A stretch of DNA of 64,000 nucleotides from assembly GCF_009914755.1 (NCBI RefSeq), contig NC_060926.1; one strand, 5' to 3'. The notes below the pieces were generated by a model. The model was not told the DNA's origin and did not search any database. It worked only from the letters and a program-made list of their open reading frames with translations. The position numbers and the translations under genes were made by a program. Below are positions 1-12,663 of this stretch, piece by piece. The stretch's first letter is position 1, and each line of letters begins with the position of its first letter. This stretch comes from the human T2T-CHM13v2.0 reference genome, Homo sapiens.

Positions 1-200
1 TTCTTAAAAACATTATGTCTGAAATCCATGACCATGGTGTCTTTACATTTATTCTGGCATTTTAAAATTGCTTTTAACATTGGTTTATAGTTTTCAGTGT
101 ACAAAGCTTGCACTTCTTTTGTTAAGTTTGTTCCTAAGTGTTTTATTACATCTGATGATGATTTTACATTGTAAAGGAAATTGCTTTCTTAATTTCATCT
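1..200 (-). mobile_element. Old L1M ORF2 fragment (antisense)
   Basis: T-rich; 'tatagttttcagtgtacaaagcttgcacttcttttgttaagtttgttcctaagtgtttta' resembles antisense L1M ORF2. Confidence 0.55.
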
Positions 201-251
201 TTTAAGAGACTTGATTTCTTAAAGCAGTTTTAGGTTTACAGCAAAATTGAG

Positions 252-536
252 TCACGCCTGTAATCCCAGCACTTTGGGAGGCCGAGGCGGGCGGATCACG
301 AGGTCAGGAGATCGAGACCATCCTGGCTAACACGGTGAAACCCCGTCTCTACTAAAAATACAAAAAATTAGCCGGGCGAGGTGGCGGGCGCCTGTAGTCC
401 CAGCTACTCGGGAGGCTGAGGCAGGAGAATGGCGTGAACCCCAGGGGGCGGAGCCTGCAGTAAGCCGAGATTGCGCCACTGCACTCCAGCCTGGGCGACA
501 GCGAGACTCCGTCTCAAAAAAAAAAAAAAAAAAAAA
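252..536 (+). mobile_element. Young AluY, Ye-type, 5'-truncated by 16 nt
   Basis: AluY body with CpGs largely intact; Ye-type features GGGCGAGGTGG, GAACCCCAGGGGGCGGAGCCTGCAG and GACAGCGAGACT; pure A tail; TSD AAAATTGAG at 243-251 and 533-541. Confidence 0.93.
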
Positions 537-1495
537 TTGAGAGGAAGGTGCAGAAATTTCCCATATACTTCCATTCCCACATATACATAGCCTTCTCCAT
601 CATCCACATTCCCTACCAGAATGGTACATTTGTTGCAAACAATGAACCCACGCTGACACATCATAATAACCCAAAGCCCATACTTTACATTAGGATTCAT
701 TCTTGGTGTTATACATTCTGTAGGTTTGGACAAATGTGTAATTATATGTATCCGTCGTTATCATATCACACAGAGTATTTTCACTGGCCTAAAAATCCTC
801 TGTGCTCAACCTATTCATGCCTCCTGCAACACTTGACAACTCTGGATCTTTTTACTATATCCATAGTTTTGCCTTTTCCAGAATGTCATCTATTTGGAAT
901 CATATAGTATGTACCCTTTTGACATTGGCCTTTTCACTTAATAATACAAATGTATTTTAGGCTCTCTCATGTATTTTCATGGCTTGAGAGCTCATTTTCT
1001 TTCGCACTGAACAATATCCCATTGTCTTGATGTACCGCACTTTATTTATTTATTCACCTACTGAAGGAAATCTTGGTTGCTTCAAAGCTTTTCCAATTAT
1101 CAATTAAGTTGCTGTAAACACCTGTGTGTAGATTTTTGTGTGAACATAAGCTTTCAACTCCTTTAGGTAAATACCAAGAAGAGGGATTGCTGGATTTTAT
1201 GGTAAGGGCATAATTAGTTTTATAAGAAAACTGCCCAACTGTCCTCCAAAGTGGTTGTAGCATTTTCCATTCTCACCAGCAATCAGTGAGAGCTCCTGTT
1301 GCTCCACATCCTTGCTGAAGTTTGGTGTAGCCAGTGCTCTGGATTTTGGCCAATCTAAAATGTGTGTAGTGATATCTCATTGTTGTTTTAATTTGCATTT
1401 CCCTGATGACATATAAGCTGAAGCATCTTTTCATATGCTTATTCGTCACCTATGTATCTTCTTTGGTGAGGTGTCTGTTAAGGTCTTTGACCCAT

Positions 1496-1612
1496 TTTTT
1501 ATTGACACATAATAATTGTATAAACATATGAGGTTATGTGATATTTGATAAATGCATATTATGTGTAATAATTAAATCAGAGTATTTGTAATATCCATCA
1601 CCTCATTTATCA
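1496..1612 (-). mobile_element. Short L1MA-type 3' end nested in the L1MC
   Basis: 'ttttattgacacataataattgta...aatatccatcacctc' is an L1MA 3' end; TSD GACCCAT at 1489-1495 and 1613-1619. Confidence 0.75.
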
Positions 1613-1917
1613 GACCCATGTTTTAATCAAGTTGTTTGTTTCTTATTGTTGACTTCTAAGAGTTCATTGCATATTCTGAATGACAGTTCTTTAACAGATG
1701 TGTCTTTCACAAGTATTTTCTCAGTCTGTGGCTTCTCTTCTCATTCTATTGACATTGTCTGCCAGATAGGAGCAGCTTTTCATTTTAATTAAGTTCAGCA
1801 TCTGTTATTTATTTCATAGATTATACCTTTGGTCTTGTATCTAAAAAGGTATCACCATAACCAAGGTCATCTATATTTTCCCCTACGTTACTTCTAAGAA
1901 TTTTATAGTTTTGATTG

Positions 1918-1953
1918 ATACTATGATCAATACTGTGATCAATACTATGATCA
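1918..1953. repeat. 12-bp tandem repeat x3 (ATACTRTGATCA)
   Basis: atactatgatca atactgtgatca atactatgatca. Confidence 0.9.
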
Positions 1954-3509
1954 ATTTTGAGGTAATTTTTGGGAAGGGTATAAGGTCTGTGTCTAGATTT
2001 ATTTTATATTTTTCATATGGAGGTACAATTGTTTCAACATCATTTGTTGAAAAGACTGTCTTTGGTCCATTGCATTACCTTCAGTTCTTTGTCAAAGATC
2101 AATTGACTATATTGATGTGAGTCTATTTTTGGGCTTCTGTTCTGTTCCATTGATCTATTTGTCTCTTATTTTACCAATATCATGCTATCATGATTACTGT
2201 AGCTTCACAGTATGTTTTGAAGTTAGGTAGTGTCAGTCCTACAATTTTGTTCTCCTCCTTTGATATTATGCTAGCTATTCTGGGGCTTTTTTCTCTCCAT
2301 ATAAATTTTGACATTACTTTGTCAATATCCACAAAGTAACTTGCCAAGATTTTGATAAGAATTATGTGGAATTTATAGATCAAATTGGAAAAAAAAAACT
2401 AACATCTTCACAATATTGAATTTTCCTGTGAATCAACATATTTATCTCCATGTATTTAGTTCTTTTTAATTTATTTAATTACAGTTTTGTAGTTTTCCAC
2501 AGAGAGATCTAGTACATGGTTTGTTAAACTTATATCTAAGTATTTCAATTTTGGACACTAATGTAAATGGTATTGTGTTTTAACTTCAAATTCCACTTGT
2601 TCATTGCTGGTATACAGATAAGCAATTGATTTTTGTATGTGGTATTCTACAGTCTTGTATCCTGCATCCTTGCTATAATCATTTATTAGTTCAAGGTTTT
2701 CTGTTTATTCTTTCAGATTTTCTATGCAAATGATGTTGTCATCTGTGAACAAAGAGTTTTGTTTCTTCCTTTTCAACTTGTATACCCTTTATTTCTTTTT
2801 CTTGTCTTATTGTATTAGCTAGGAATTCTATTAAGGTGTTGAAAAGTCATGGTGAGAGGAAATATCCTTGTCTTATTTTTAATTTTAGTGGGGAAGCTTC
2901 TAGTTTTCTCATCATTAGGTATGGTGTTAGCTATAGGTTTTTTGCAGATATTCTTTATCAAGTTAAGGAAGTTTCACTCCACTAGTTTACTGAGGCTTTT
3001 GTCAAATTTTATCATGAATGGGTATTAGATTTTCAAATGCTCTTTCTGTATTTATTGATAATATTATGTTATATTTCCTCTTTAGCCTATTAATGTGATG
3101 GATGACATTAACTGATTTTCAAATGTTAAACCAGCATTACATACCTGAACTAAATCCCTCTTGGTTGGTGTGTATAATTCTTTTTATACATTGTTGAATT
3201 CAATTTGCTAATGTTTTGTTGAGAATTTCTGCATCGATGTTCATGAGATATATTGGTCTGTAGCTTTTTTTCTTGTAAGGTCTTTGTTGAGTTTCAGTAT
3301 TACAGTAATTCTAGATTCAGAGAATGAGTTGCTATTTCATCTGCTTCAATCTGCTGAAAAATACTGTAGAGAATTCATATAATTTCTTACTTAAATGTTT
3401 GGTAGAATTCACCAATGAACCTATATGAGCCTGGTATCTTCTGTTTTGGAAAGTTATTGATTCCATTTATTTAATAAATATAGGCATATTCAGATTGTCT
3501 ATTTATGTA

Positions 3510-3830
3510 TTGCATTGCATGAACATACCACATTTTTTTTACCTATCTATCAATTGATAGATTTGTAATTTAGGTTGATTCCACTTTTCGGCTATTAGGA
3601 ATAACGTTGCTATGAAAATTCATGTACAAGCTTTTTTTGTGAACATGTTTTCATTTCTCTTAGGTATATACCAGTTATCTTAGAATTGCTACGTTACATG
3701 GCAACTCTTTGTTTAATCATTTGCGGGACTTCCAGGCTGTTTTCCATGTACAATATTTATATTCCTATCAGCAGTGTGTGAGAGCTTCAGTTTCACCACG
3801 TACTTATCAACACTTGGGTGTCATCAGTAT
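3510..3830 (-). mobile_element. Old L1ME/L1MB fragment
   Basis: 'ggctattaggaataacgttgctatgaaaattcatgtacaag...cagcagtgtgtgagagcttcagtttcaccacg' matches antisense L1M 3' region. Confidence 0.65.
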
Positions 3831-5931
3831 TTTTTCCACTTTTATTTAGGTTCAGGGATACATGTGCAGGTTTGCTAGAGAGGTGAATTGCATGTCCTGG
3901 GGTTTGGTGTACAAATTATTTCATCACCCAGGTTATCAGCATAGTACCCTATAGTCAGTTCTTTTTATTCTTACCCTTCTGCAACTCTCCACCCTCAAGA
4001 AGGCCTGGTGTCTGTTGTTCCCTTCTTGATGTTCTTGTGTACTCACTGTTTAGCATCCCCTTGTGAGTGAGAATATGTGGTATTTGGTTCTCTGTTCCTG
4101 TGTTAGTTTGCTTAGGATAATGGCCTCCAGCTCCATCCACGTTGCCACAGAGGACGTGATCTCATTCTTTTTATGACTGCATAATATTCCATGGTGTATA
4201 TATGCCACATTTTCTTTGTCCAATCTACGTTGACAGGCATATAGATTGATTGCGTGTCTTTGCCATTGTGAATAGTGCTGTAATGAACATATGTGTGCAT
4301 GTATTTTCGTAATAGATTTATCTTCCTTTGGGTATTTACCCAAGCATGGGATTGCTGGGTTGAATGGTAACTCTGTTTTAAGTTCTTTGAGAAGTCACCA
4401 AACTGCTTTCCTCAATAGCTGAACTAATTTACGTTTCCACCAATAGTGTTTGAATGGTCCCTGTTCTCCGCAACCTTGCCAGGATCTGTTATTTTTTCTT
4501 TCTTTCTTTCTTTTTTATTATACTTTAAGTTTCAGGGTACATGTGCACAACGTGCAGGTTACATATGTATACATGTGCCATGTTGGTGTGCTGCACCCAT
4601 TAACTCGTCATTTAACATTAGGTATATCACCTAATGCTATCCCTCCCCCCCGCCCCCACCCCACAACAGGCCCCGGTGTGTGATGTTCCCCTTCCTGTGA
4701 GCCATCTTAACTGGAGTGAGATGATATCTCATGGTTGAGATTTGCATTTCTCTAATGATTAGTGGTGTTGAGCATTCTTTACAGACTTATTGGCCTTGTG
4801 TATGTATTCTTTTGAAAAGTATCTGTTTATGTCTTCTGCCCAGTTTATAATAGGCTTCTTTGTGTTTTGCTTGTAAATTTGTTTAAGTTTATTATAGGTT
4901 CTGGATATCAGACCTTTGCCAATGGCACAGTTTGCAAATATTTTCTCCCATTCTGTCGGTTGTCTGTTTACTCTGTTGATAGTTTCTTTTGCTATGCAGA
5001 AGCTCTTCAGTTAAGTCCTGTGTGTCAATTTTTGGTTTTGTTGCAATTGCTTTTGGTGTCTTCATCATGAAACCTTTGCCAGGTCCTTGGTACATAATGG
5101 TATTTTGCAGGTTATCTTCCAGAGTGTTCATAGTTTTAGGTTTTACATTTAAGTCTTTAATTCATCTTGAGTTTATTTTTGTGTAGGGTGTAAGGAAGGA
5201 GTCCAGTTTCAATGTTCTGCAGATGGCTAGCCAGTTATCCCAGAGCCATTTATTAAAAGAAATTTCTTTCCCCAGTGCTTGTTTTTGTCAATTTTGACAG
5301 TTATTAGATGGTTATATGCGTGTGGCATTATTTCTGGGCTCTCTATTCTGTTCCATTGGTCTATATGTCTGTTTTTGTGACAGTGCCATGCTGTTTTAGT
5401 TACTGTAAACTGGTAGCATAGTCTGGAGTTGAGTAATATGATGCTACGAGCTCTGTTCTTTTTGCTTAGGATTCCCTTGGCTATCTTTTTAAGTTCTCTA
5501 TGAATTTTAAAATAGTTTTTTTCTAGTTCTGTGGAGAATGTCATTGACAGTTTGATAGAAATAGCATTTAATTTGTAAGTTGCTTTGGACAGCATGGCTA
5601 TTTTAATATTGATTCTTCCTATCCATGAGCATGGAATGTTTTTCCATTTGTTTCCATCTCTGATTTCTTTGCCTACCCTGTTTGCAGAAAACATAATTTG
5701 TACCTAGGAAACCCCATACTTTCTGCACAAAAGCTCCTTGATCCAATAAACAAAACAAATACAGCAGAGTTTCTAGATACAAAATTGATGTACAAAAATC
5801 AGTAGCATTCCTATACAACAACAACATCCAAGCTGAAAGCCAAATCAATAATGCAGTTTCATTCACAATAGGCACAAAAAGAATAATATACCCAGGAAAA
5901 CAGCTAACCAGGGACGTGAAAAATCTCTTCA
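3831..5931 (-). mobile_element. Old primate L1 (L1PA13-16/L1PB-like) with 5' inversion (antisense 3831-5671, sense 5672-5931)
   Basis: Minus ORFs 4892-5131 ([13 protein letters not shown]) and 5227-5694 ([16 protein letters not shown]...[21 protein letters not shown]) are L1 ORF2; orientation flips at about 5671; degenerate TSD tcatcagtattttttc / tcttcagtttttttc. Confidence 0.85.
4497..4699 (-). mobile_element. Young L1PA (PA3-PA5-like) 3' UTR fragment nested in the older L1
   Basis: 'ttattatactttaagtttcagggtacatgtgcacaacgtgcagg...ctcgtcatttaacattaggtatatc...ccccggtgtgtgatgttccccttcctgtg'. Confidence 0.85.
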
Positions 5932-5939
5932 GTTTTTTT

Positions 5940-7773
5940 CAATTCAAGAGTTGAGTCCATCTCAGGAAAAGATGTTCTTTGCTTATTCATTAAAAGCAAC
6001 TCCTCATCCATTAAAGTTATATCCTGAGATTGCAGCAATTTAGTCTTATCTTTGGGCTCCACTTCTAATTCTAGTTCTCTTGCTATTTTTACCACATCTG
6101 AAGTTACTTCCTCCACTGAGACTTGAACTACTCTTAGTCACCCATGAGTTTTGGAATCAAATTCTTTTGAGGACCTGTTAAGATTGATATTTTTACGTCC
6201 TCTCATGTATTAAAAATGTTCTTAGTGGCATTTCGAATGCTGAACCCTGTCAAAAAAGTTTTCAATTTACTTTACTCATATCTATCTGAAGAATCACTAT
6301 CTATTGCAGCTATAGCCTTACAAAATGTATTTCTTAAACAATAAGACTTGGAATTTGAAATGACTCTTTGATTCATGAGCTACAAAATAAATGTTGTGTC
6401 AGCAGGCATAAAAATAAAATAAAACAAAAACATTAATCTCCTTGAACATCATTATCAGAGCTCTTGGGTGACCAGATACATTGTCAAATGGTAATATTTT
6501 GAAAGGAATGCTTTCTTCCCAGGCAATAGATGTCAATACTAGGCTTAAAATATTCAGTAAACTATGCTTCCAACAGATGTGCTGTCCTCCAGGTTTGGTT
6601 GTTCCATTTATATGTCACAGGCAGAGTAGAATTAACATTATTTTTAAGGGCTCTAGGATTTTTAGTATGGTGAATGAGCACTGGCTTCAATTTAATGTCG
6701 CCAACTACATTAACTCCTAACGAGAAAGTTAGCCTGTACTTTGAAGCTTTGAAGCCACGCATTGACTTCTCTCTAGCTAATGAAAGTCCTAGATGATGTC
6801 TTCTAATTGAAGGTTCTTTGATCGACAATGAGAATCTGTTTAGTATAGGTACCTTCATCAATTATATTACCTAGCTTTTCTGCATAACTTGCTTCAGCTT
6901 CTATATTAGCACTTGCACTTCATCCTGCACTTTTATGTCATGGAAATAGCTTTTTTCCTTAAACTTCATGGCCCAACCTCTGCTAGCTTCAGTAATTTTT
7001 CTGCATCTTCCTTACTTCTTAGCCTCATAGAATAAAAGATAGGGCCTTGATCTGGATTAGGCTTTAGCTTAAGGAAATGTTGTGACTAGTTTGATCTTTT
7101 ATCCAGACCACTAAAACTTTCTCTTTATCAACAATAAGGTTGTTTCGCTTTATTTTTATTCCCGTGCTCACTGGAGTGTCACTTTTAATTTCCTTCGAGA
7201 ACATTTTGTTTGCATTCACAGCTTGGCTATTTGTTGCAAAAGGCCTATCTCAGCTTTCGACATGCCTTCCTAACTAAGTGTAATCATTTCTAGCTTTGGT
7301 TTTAAAATGATAGACATGAAAGTCTTCCTTTCATTTGAACACCTAGAGGTCATTTTAGTGCTATTGGTTGGCCTAACTTCAATATTCTTGTGTCTTAGGG
7401 AATGGGAAGGTCTGTAGAGAGGGAGAGAGTTGTAGAACAGCTGGTAGATGAAGCAGTCAGAACACACATAACATTTATCAATTAAGTTTGCTATATTATG
7501 AGGCATGGTACATGATAGCCTAAAACAATTACAATAGTAACAGCAGAGATCACTGATTGCAGATCACCATAAGTAATATAATCCAAAAAAAAATTTTTAA
7601 TGTTGTGAGAATTACCAAAATATGATACGGAGACATGAAGTGAGCACATGCTCTTGGAATAATGGTACCAATCAACTTGCTTGACGCAGAGTTGCTACAA
7701 ACCTTGAATCTGTAAAAATTATAATATCTGTAAAGCACAATAAAGTGAAGCACAATAAAATAAGGCAGGGCTG
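5940..7773 (-). mobile_element. Tigger1 (TcMar/pogo) DNA transposon, 3' end missing, dead transposase
   Basis: Minus ORF 6562-6861 GFKASKYRLTFSLGVNVVGDIKLKPVLIHHTKNPRALKN is pogo-type DDE transposase; ORF 5904-6116 ([20 protein letters not shown]) is its C-terminal part; 5' terminal repeats 'aagcacaataaagtgaagcacaataaaataaggcagggctg' at about 7733-7773. Confidence 0.9.
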
Positions 7774-7779
7774 CACTCA

Positions 7780-10700
7780 TATTTGTGTTTTTCTTTCTTC
7801 TCATTAATTTCTCATTTCAATCTACTAGGGTAAAAAACATGCTTTTCGATTTTTAAATATTTATTCAAGTTCTTTTTCTGTGGATTAGCATATAGTCTAT
7901 CCTAAAGAATGTTCCATGTTCCAAAAAAAATGTGTATACTATTGTTGTTAGGTGGAGTGTTCTATAGAGATCTGTAAGATCTGGTGGTGAAGTCACATTC
8001 TCCTGCTGGTCTCTTGTCTTGTTGCTGTATACATTAGTGAAAGTGGGGTAATGAAACCTTCAAATATTATTATTAAATTTTCTATTTTTACCTTTCATTC
8101 TGTCAGTTTTCATCTCATGTATTTTGGAGTTCACTTGTTAAATACATATATACTTAGAATTTGTTTATCTTCTTGATGGATTGACACTTTTGTCATTATA
8201 AAATGTTCTTCTTGTCTCTAGTAACAATCTTATCCTAAAGCCTGTTTTTTCTCTGGTATTAGTATAACCACTCTAGCTCTTTTTTTCATCACTGCTTTTA
8301 CCTACTGCTGCATCGTATACCTTTTTCTAACATAATTTCAACCTATTTGTGTATTTGAAATTTAAACTGTGGACTTTTAAGAAAGCATGCACATAGTTGG
8401 ATCATGTTTTTTCTTTCAATCCATTCTGCCAATCTCTGTCATTTAATTGGAGAATTTAATCCATTTAACACTTAATGTATTACTCATAATTAATACTTAA
8501 TATACTACTAATATATAATTTAAGGTTTCATATCTGTCATCTTGTTCATTGTTCTCTACATGTATTTTGTCTTATTTTGTTCTTCAGTTCTTGCATTACT
8601 GACTCCTTTATGTTAAATATTTTGTAGTATTATATTTTAACTACCTTATTAACTATATATTTTGGATTTGTTAATGGTTTCCCTAGCTATTACAATTAGC
8701 ATCTTTTCTTACAACTATTGGTTTAAATTAATATCACTTAATTTCAGTTATATATACATACATATATATGTATACAGTGTGTGTGTATATATAAACTTTA
8801 CTCCTTTATAGCTCTGTTCTCTCCTTTATGCCGTTATTGTCATAAATATATTTACATACAATTTATAAGCATAAACATATTTATAATGATTGCTTTATTC
8901 AATTTTCTTTTAAATAGGAGGAAAAGAAAGACTTAAAAACAAAAGTGCATTTGTATTGTGTTTTACATTTACCTTTACCAGTGCTTACTATTTTTTATGA
9001 TTATTGCTTAGTAATCTATTAAGCCTAAAGTACATCATTTAATAGAGCTGATTTGACTAATACTCTCAGTTTTTCTTTGTTTTAGCTTTCATTTGGAAGG
9101 ATAGTTTTTCTGACTGTAGAATTATTGGTTAACAGGCTTTTTTTTTTTCTGTTTGCTTATTTTCTGAAGTTGGCTGTTGGTTCTCCATGGTTTCAAATGG
9201 CAAGTCAGCTATTAACCTTAGTGAGGATCCCTTATATATGATGATTCATTTCATTCTTGTTGGACTCAAAATTCCCAGTCTTTTGACAATTTGATTAGGA
9301 TTGTGTTTATCCTATTTGAAGTTTGTTGAAATTCTTAAATGTGTGTATTAACTTTTTTTGCTATCAATTTGTGAATATCTTGACTACTACTTTGTCAATT
9401 TTTTTCTCTCTCTCTTCCTGTCTCCTTTCCTGTTGTGATTCCTATGATATGTATGTTTGCATGCTTTATGGTGTCATATAGGTCTTTAACATTCTATTCA
9501 TTTTTCTTCTTTTTTTCTGTGTCTCTTACTAGATAATTTCAATTGATATTTCATGTGATTCTTCTGCCAGCTGAAATCTACTGTTGAGTCTTTGTAATAA
9601 TTTGTTTTATTTCATTTATTCGACTTTTCACCTCCAGAATTTCTATTTGGTTATTTTTAAATAATCCATATTTCTGTTGTGTTCTATCTACTGAAACAAC
9701 ATTCTCTACTTTTCTTTGGTTCTTTAAACAGTTTCCTTTAGTTCTTTAATCACATTTAAAATAAGTAATTTAAAGTCTTTATCTCTGTTTAAAGTCTAGA
9801 ATTCCTTAGGGACAGATTTTAATCACTGCTTTTTCCTGTATATAAGCCATGTTTTCATATTTCCTAGCATGTTTTGTAATTTTTTGTTTAAAAAATACAC
9901 ACTTAAAAAATCAAATTGGGCAACTCTGGGAATTAGGTGCTTCCCCCAACTCCAAGATTTATTGTTTTTGCTGTTTATTGTAGTGACTTTTGTTGTTTAG
10001 TGACTACTGTAAACTAGTTCTGTAAGTCTATATGCTCTGTCATGTGTGGTCACTGAAGTCTCTACTTGGTTAGTTTACTGTTCCACTAATGACTAAACAG
10101 AGATTTCACCAAATGCCTGCAAACAATAAGCATCTCAGTCTTTGCTAAATGGCTTCTTATGTGTGTTGAGGGCACACCTTCTGCATTCAGTGAGGTGGTT
10201 AGCAATTCCTTCTTAGTTTTCTCTTCTTGCTTCTACGAAGCCTCAAAATCATCCAGAATTCAGTTTAGGTCCTCCTGAGGTCTTTTCTGACTATGTGCCC
10301 GTGAACTTCTAGATTCCCAGGATATGTGGGAGATTTTTGAAGCCTTATGGATATATTTTACCCTAGTTTCTTCTTGTAAGTTTGTAGTTAGTTTATTGTT
10401 TGCCCCATTTACCCTTTACTACCTCAGGCAGCCAGCAATTAAAATGGTTCTCTGTAATTTTGGGTTTTTTGACAAATGCCCCTGAGTGAAGTCTTTTCAC
10501 ACTAAGCAAGCTTTGAGTCAGGTTATGTATAGAAAGCTTTGTAAATGGGGGATTCCAGGAGACCATTAGACAGGCCAAATAATGGCAATTCTTTGAAAAT
10601 AAGGCTTTGAAATAATTCAAACTCCATTCTGTTCCCTTCAATGGATTCCAGGCTGCACTTGGAATGGGGGATCTCATTTCTCAAGGCTCCCATAGAGTTT

Positions 10701-10930
10701 AAGTGTGGTAATTAGTACTAGAACAAATGACAATGTGACAAAGCCCCCTATTCTTCCTGAAATTCAGATACATTTCTTAAATCATGTTCTTGAGTTGGTA
10801 CAAGTCGTTGCTTAATTTCTAGAGTTCTGAAAGAAGTTGATTCTAATCCTATTTTGGCTGTATATTTTAAAAATTGCTTTTATGAAGGATTGACTATCTA
10901 GAGGTTTCTATTTTATCATTTTTACTAATA
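7780..10930 (-). mobile_element. Old L1M (MC/MD-like) endonuclease, ORF1 and 5' region, antisense
   Basis: 'tagcatatagtctatcctaaagaatgttccatg', 'caatccattctgccaatctctgtc' and 'tgtagaattattggttaacag' are typical antisense L1M segments; possibly the upstream part of the 200-3505 element. Confidence 0.7.
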
Positions 10931-11849
10931 TCACCTCTTCGTTACATTTTCAACTTCTTAAAGGAAGAATTATTTTATTTACCTATGTATTCCTGGTAAT
11001 AATCATAAAGCTTACTACAAATAGAATGATCAATATATATGAGGAAAAGGAAAAAAAGGCGATTGAGGAAATTTAAAAAGAGGGAGTGAGGAAGGCAAAC
11101 AGGCAGGTATATTATTGCAGTATTCTCCAGCTAATGGAAATGTATATTTTCTACATTACTATTGAAAAAATAATGGCTTTTTGCATTTCAAAAAAAAATT
11201 GAGCATCAGACAGCAGTTGAGAATACATTTTTTGAGAGGGAGAAAATATCATTGGAAATGTCTTCCAAAAAATACTATATAGGGCACCCAGTCATACGAG
11301 CAGAAAAATGAAATACCAGGAATGGGTTCTTTTCACTTTATCCTTTATGTCCAAAATGACTGGAACAATGTAGGACCAAGAACTAAATCCTTCATAAAAG
11401 CCTACAGTTAATATGCCCAGGGTTGTAGTTTGTTTTTTTCTTTAGTTTTATTTGTTTTTTGCCTCAGTTATTTCCTTGGGGAAAAGTCTCAGAAGCAAAT
11501 GTGCTGAGTGGAGCTGGATATGGATTTAAATTTATGACTTTTGAAATGAATTGCCAATTTTCAACACCATGCAAAGTGATACATAGTGTTCCAGTTTTGT
11601 CATATTCTACCTTATATTAAATATTATAATTTCAGTTCCTTTGCCTCTACCTTATTCACCATAGTACATCTTTAAATACTAAAACTCTTTATTATACCTA
11701 TTGATTGAACATGCATACAAATAACAGGATATAATTTAAAAGGTGCTAGTAGAGACTAAACTCAAAATGATTATTCTCAAAAACAATTTCAAGTCACAAG
11801 TTAAAAATAAGAAAACGAAAAACAATCTCACAGAGGGTGCCTGATTTTT

Positions 11850-12310
11850 CAATTATCTTCACTAAGGCAGGTCTGTACAAACAGCACACAGCTTCAAACT
11901 TAGTTACTGCAGACCTTTTGCTCCCAGTAGGGAATTGACAAAATGTTATCAAGCATTATTCTATATTGCATTGTGGGAGTTACAGCACTTATCTACAATG
12001 AAGGAGGCAAAATTGGAGGAAGTAAGTGCCTGATTAGAATTTGAAGATAAACACAACCTGTTCTGTAGCTGTCAGGCAGCTGCTCAGAGCAGCCCCGTTC
12101 AACCTGATAATTAGTTTATAACTGAACTGTTGAGATTTATGATAAGCTCTAGCAGGTCCCTCTTCTCTCCATGCTCTTCCAAAGATGGCTGACGACACTT
12201 ACAAAGTTTGAACCACTGAGATTCCCTCCAATTCTGATATTCTGTAATGCCTAAAAATTTCCACTTGAAAATTAAATGTATGAGCAGGTATCCCCTAAGA
12301 CAGATAACTA
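11850..12310. promoter_or_regulatory. Candidate enhancer: unique DNA with a WGATAA cluster
   Basis: Seven WGATAA sites (both strands), a CAGCTG E-box and CTGTCA (MEIS-type) in about 460 bp of apparently non-repeat DNA. Confidence 0.3.
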
Positions 12311-12364
12311 GACTTAACTTATTTTATGATGGTTTCAAAAATTCAATGAATAGAATGTACTCAA

Positions 12365-12663
<299 letters not shown>

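Larger units (their letters stand above)
200..3505 (-). mobile_element. L1MC-type LINE-1, 3' UTR plus ORF2, interrupted by an Alu and a short L1MA piece
   Basis: Typical L1MC 3' end 'agcagttttaggtttacagcaaaattgag...aaatttcccatata'; minus ORFs 1054-1263 (LQPLWRTV) and 2180-2383 (KFIWREKSPRIA...LTLPNFKTYCEATVI) are degenerate L1 ORF2. Confidence 0.85.

Noticed and set aside
404-733. ORFs with [16 protein letters not shown] motifs (also 15388, 22532, 45687, 47229, 59337)
   Set aside because: Standard antisense-Alu translation artefacts.
6562-6861. Possible domesticated transposase (TIGD-like)
   Set aside because: The Tigger1 ORF is fragmented by stops and frameshifts.
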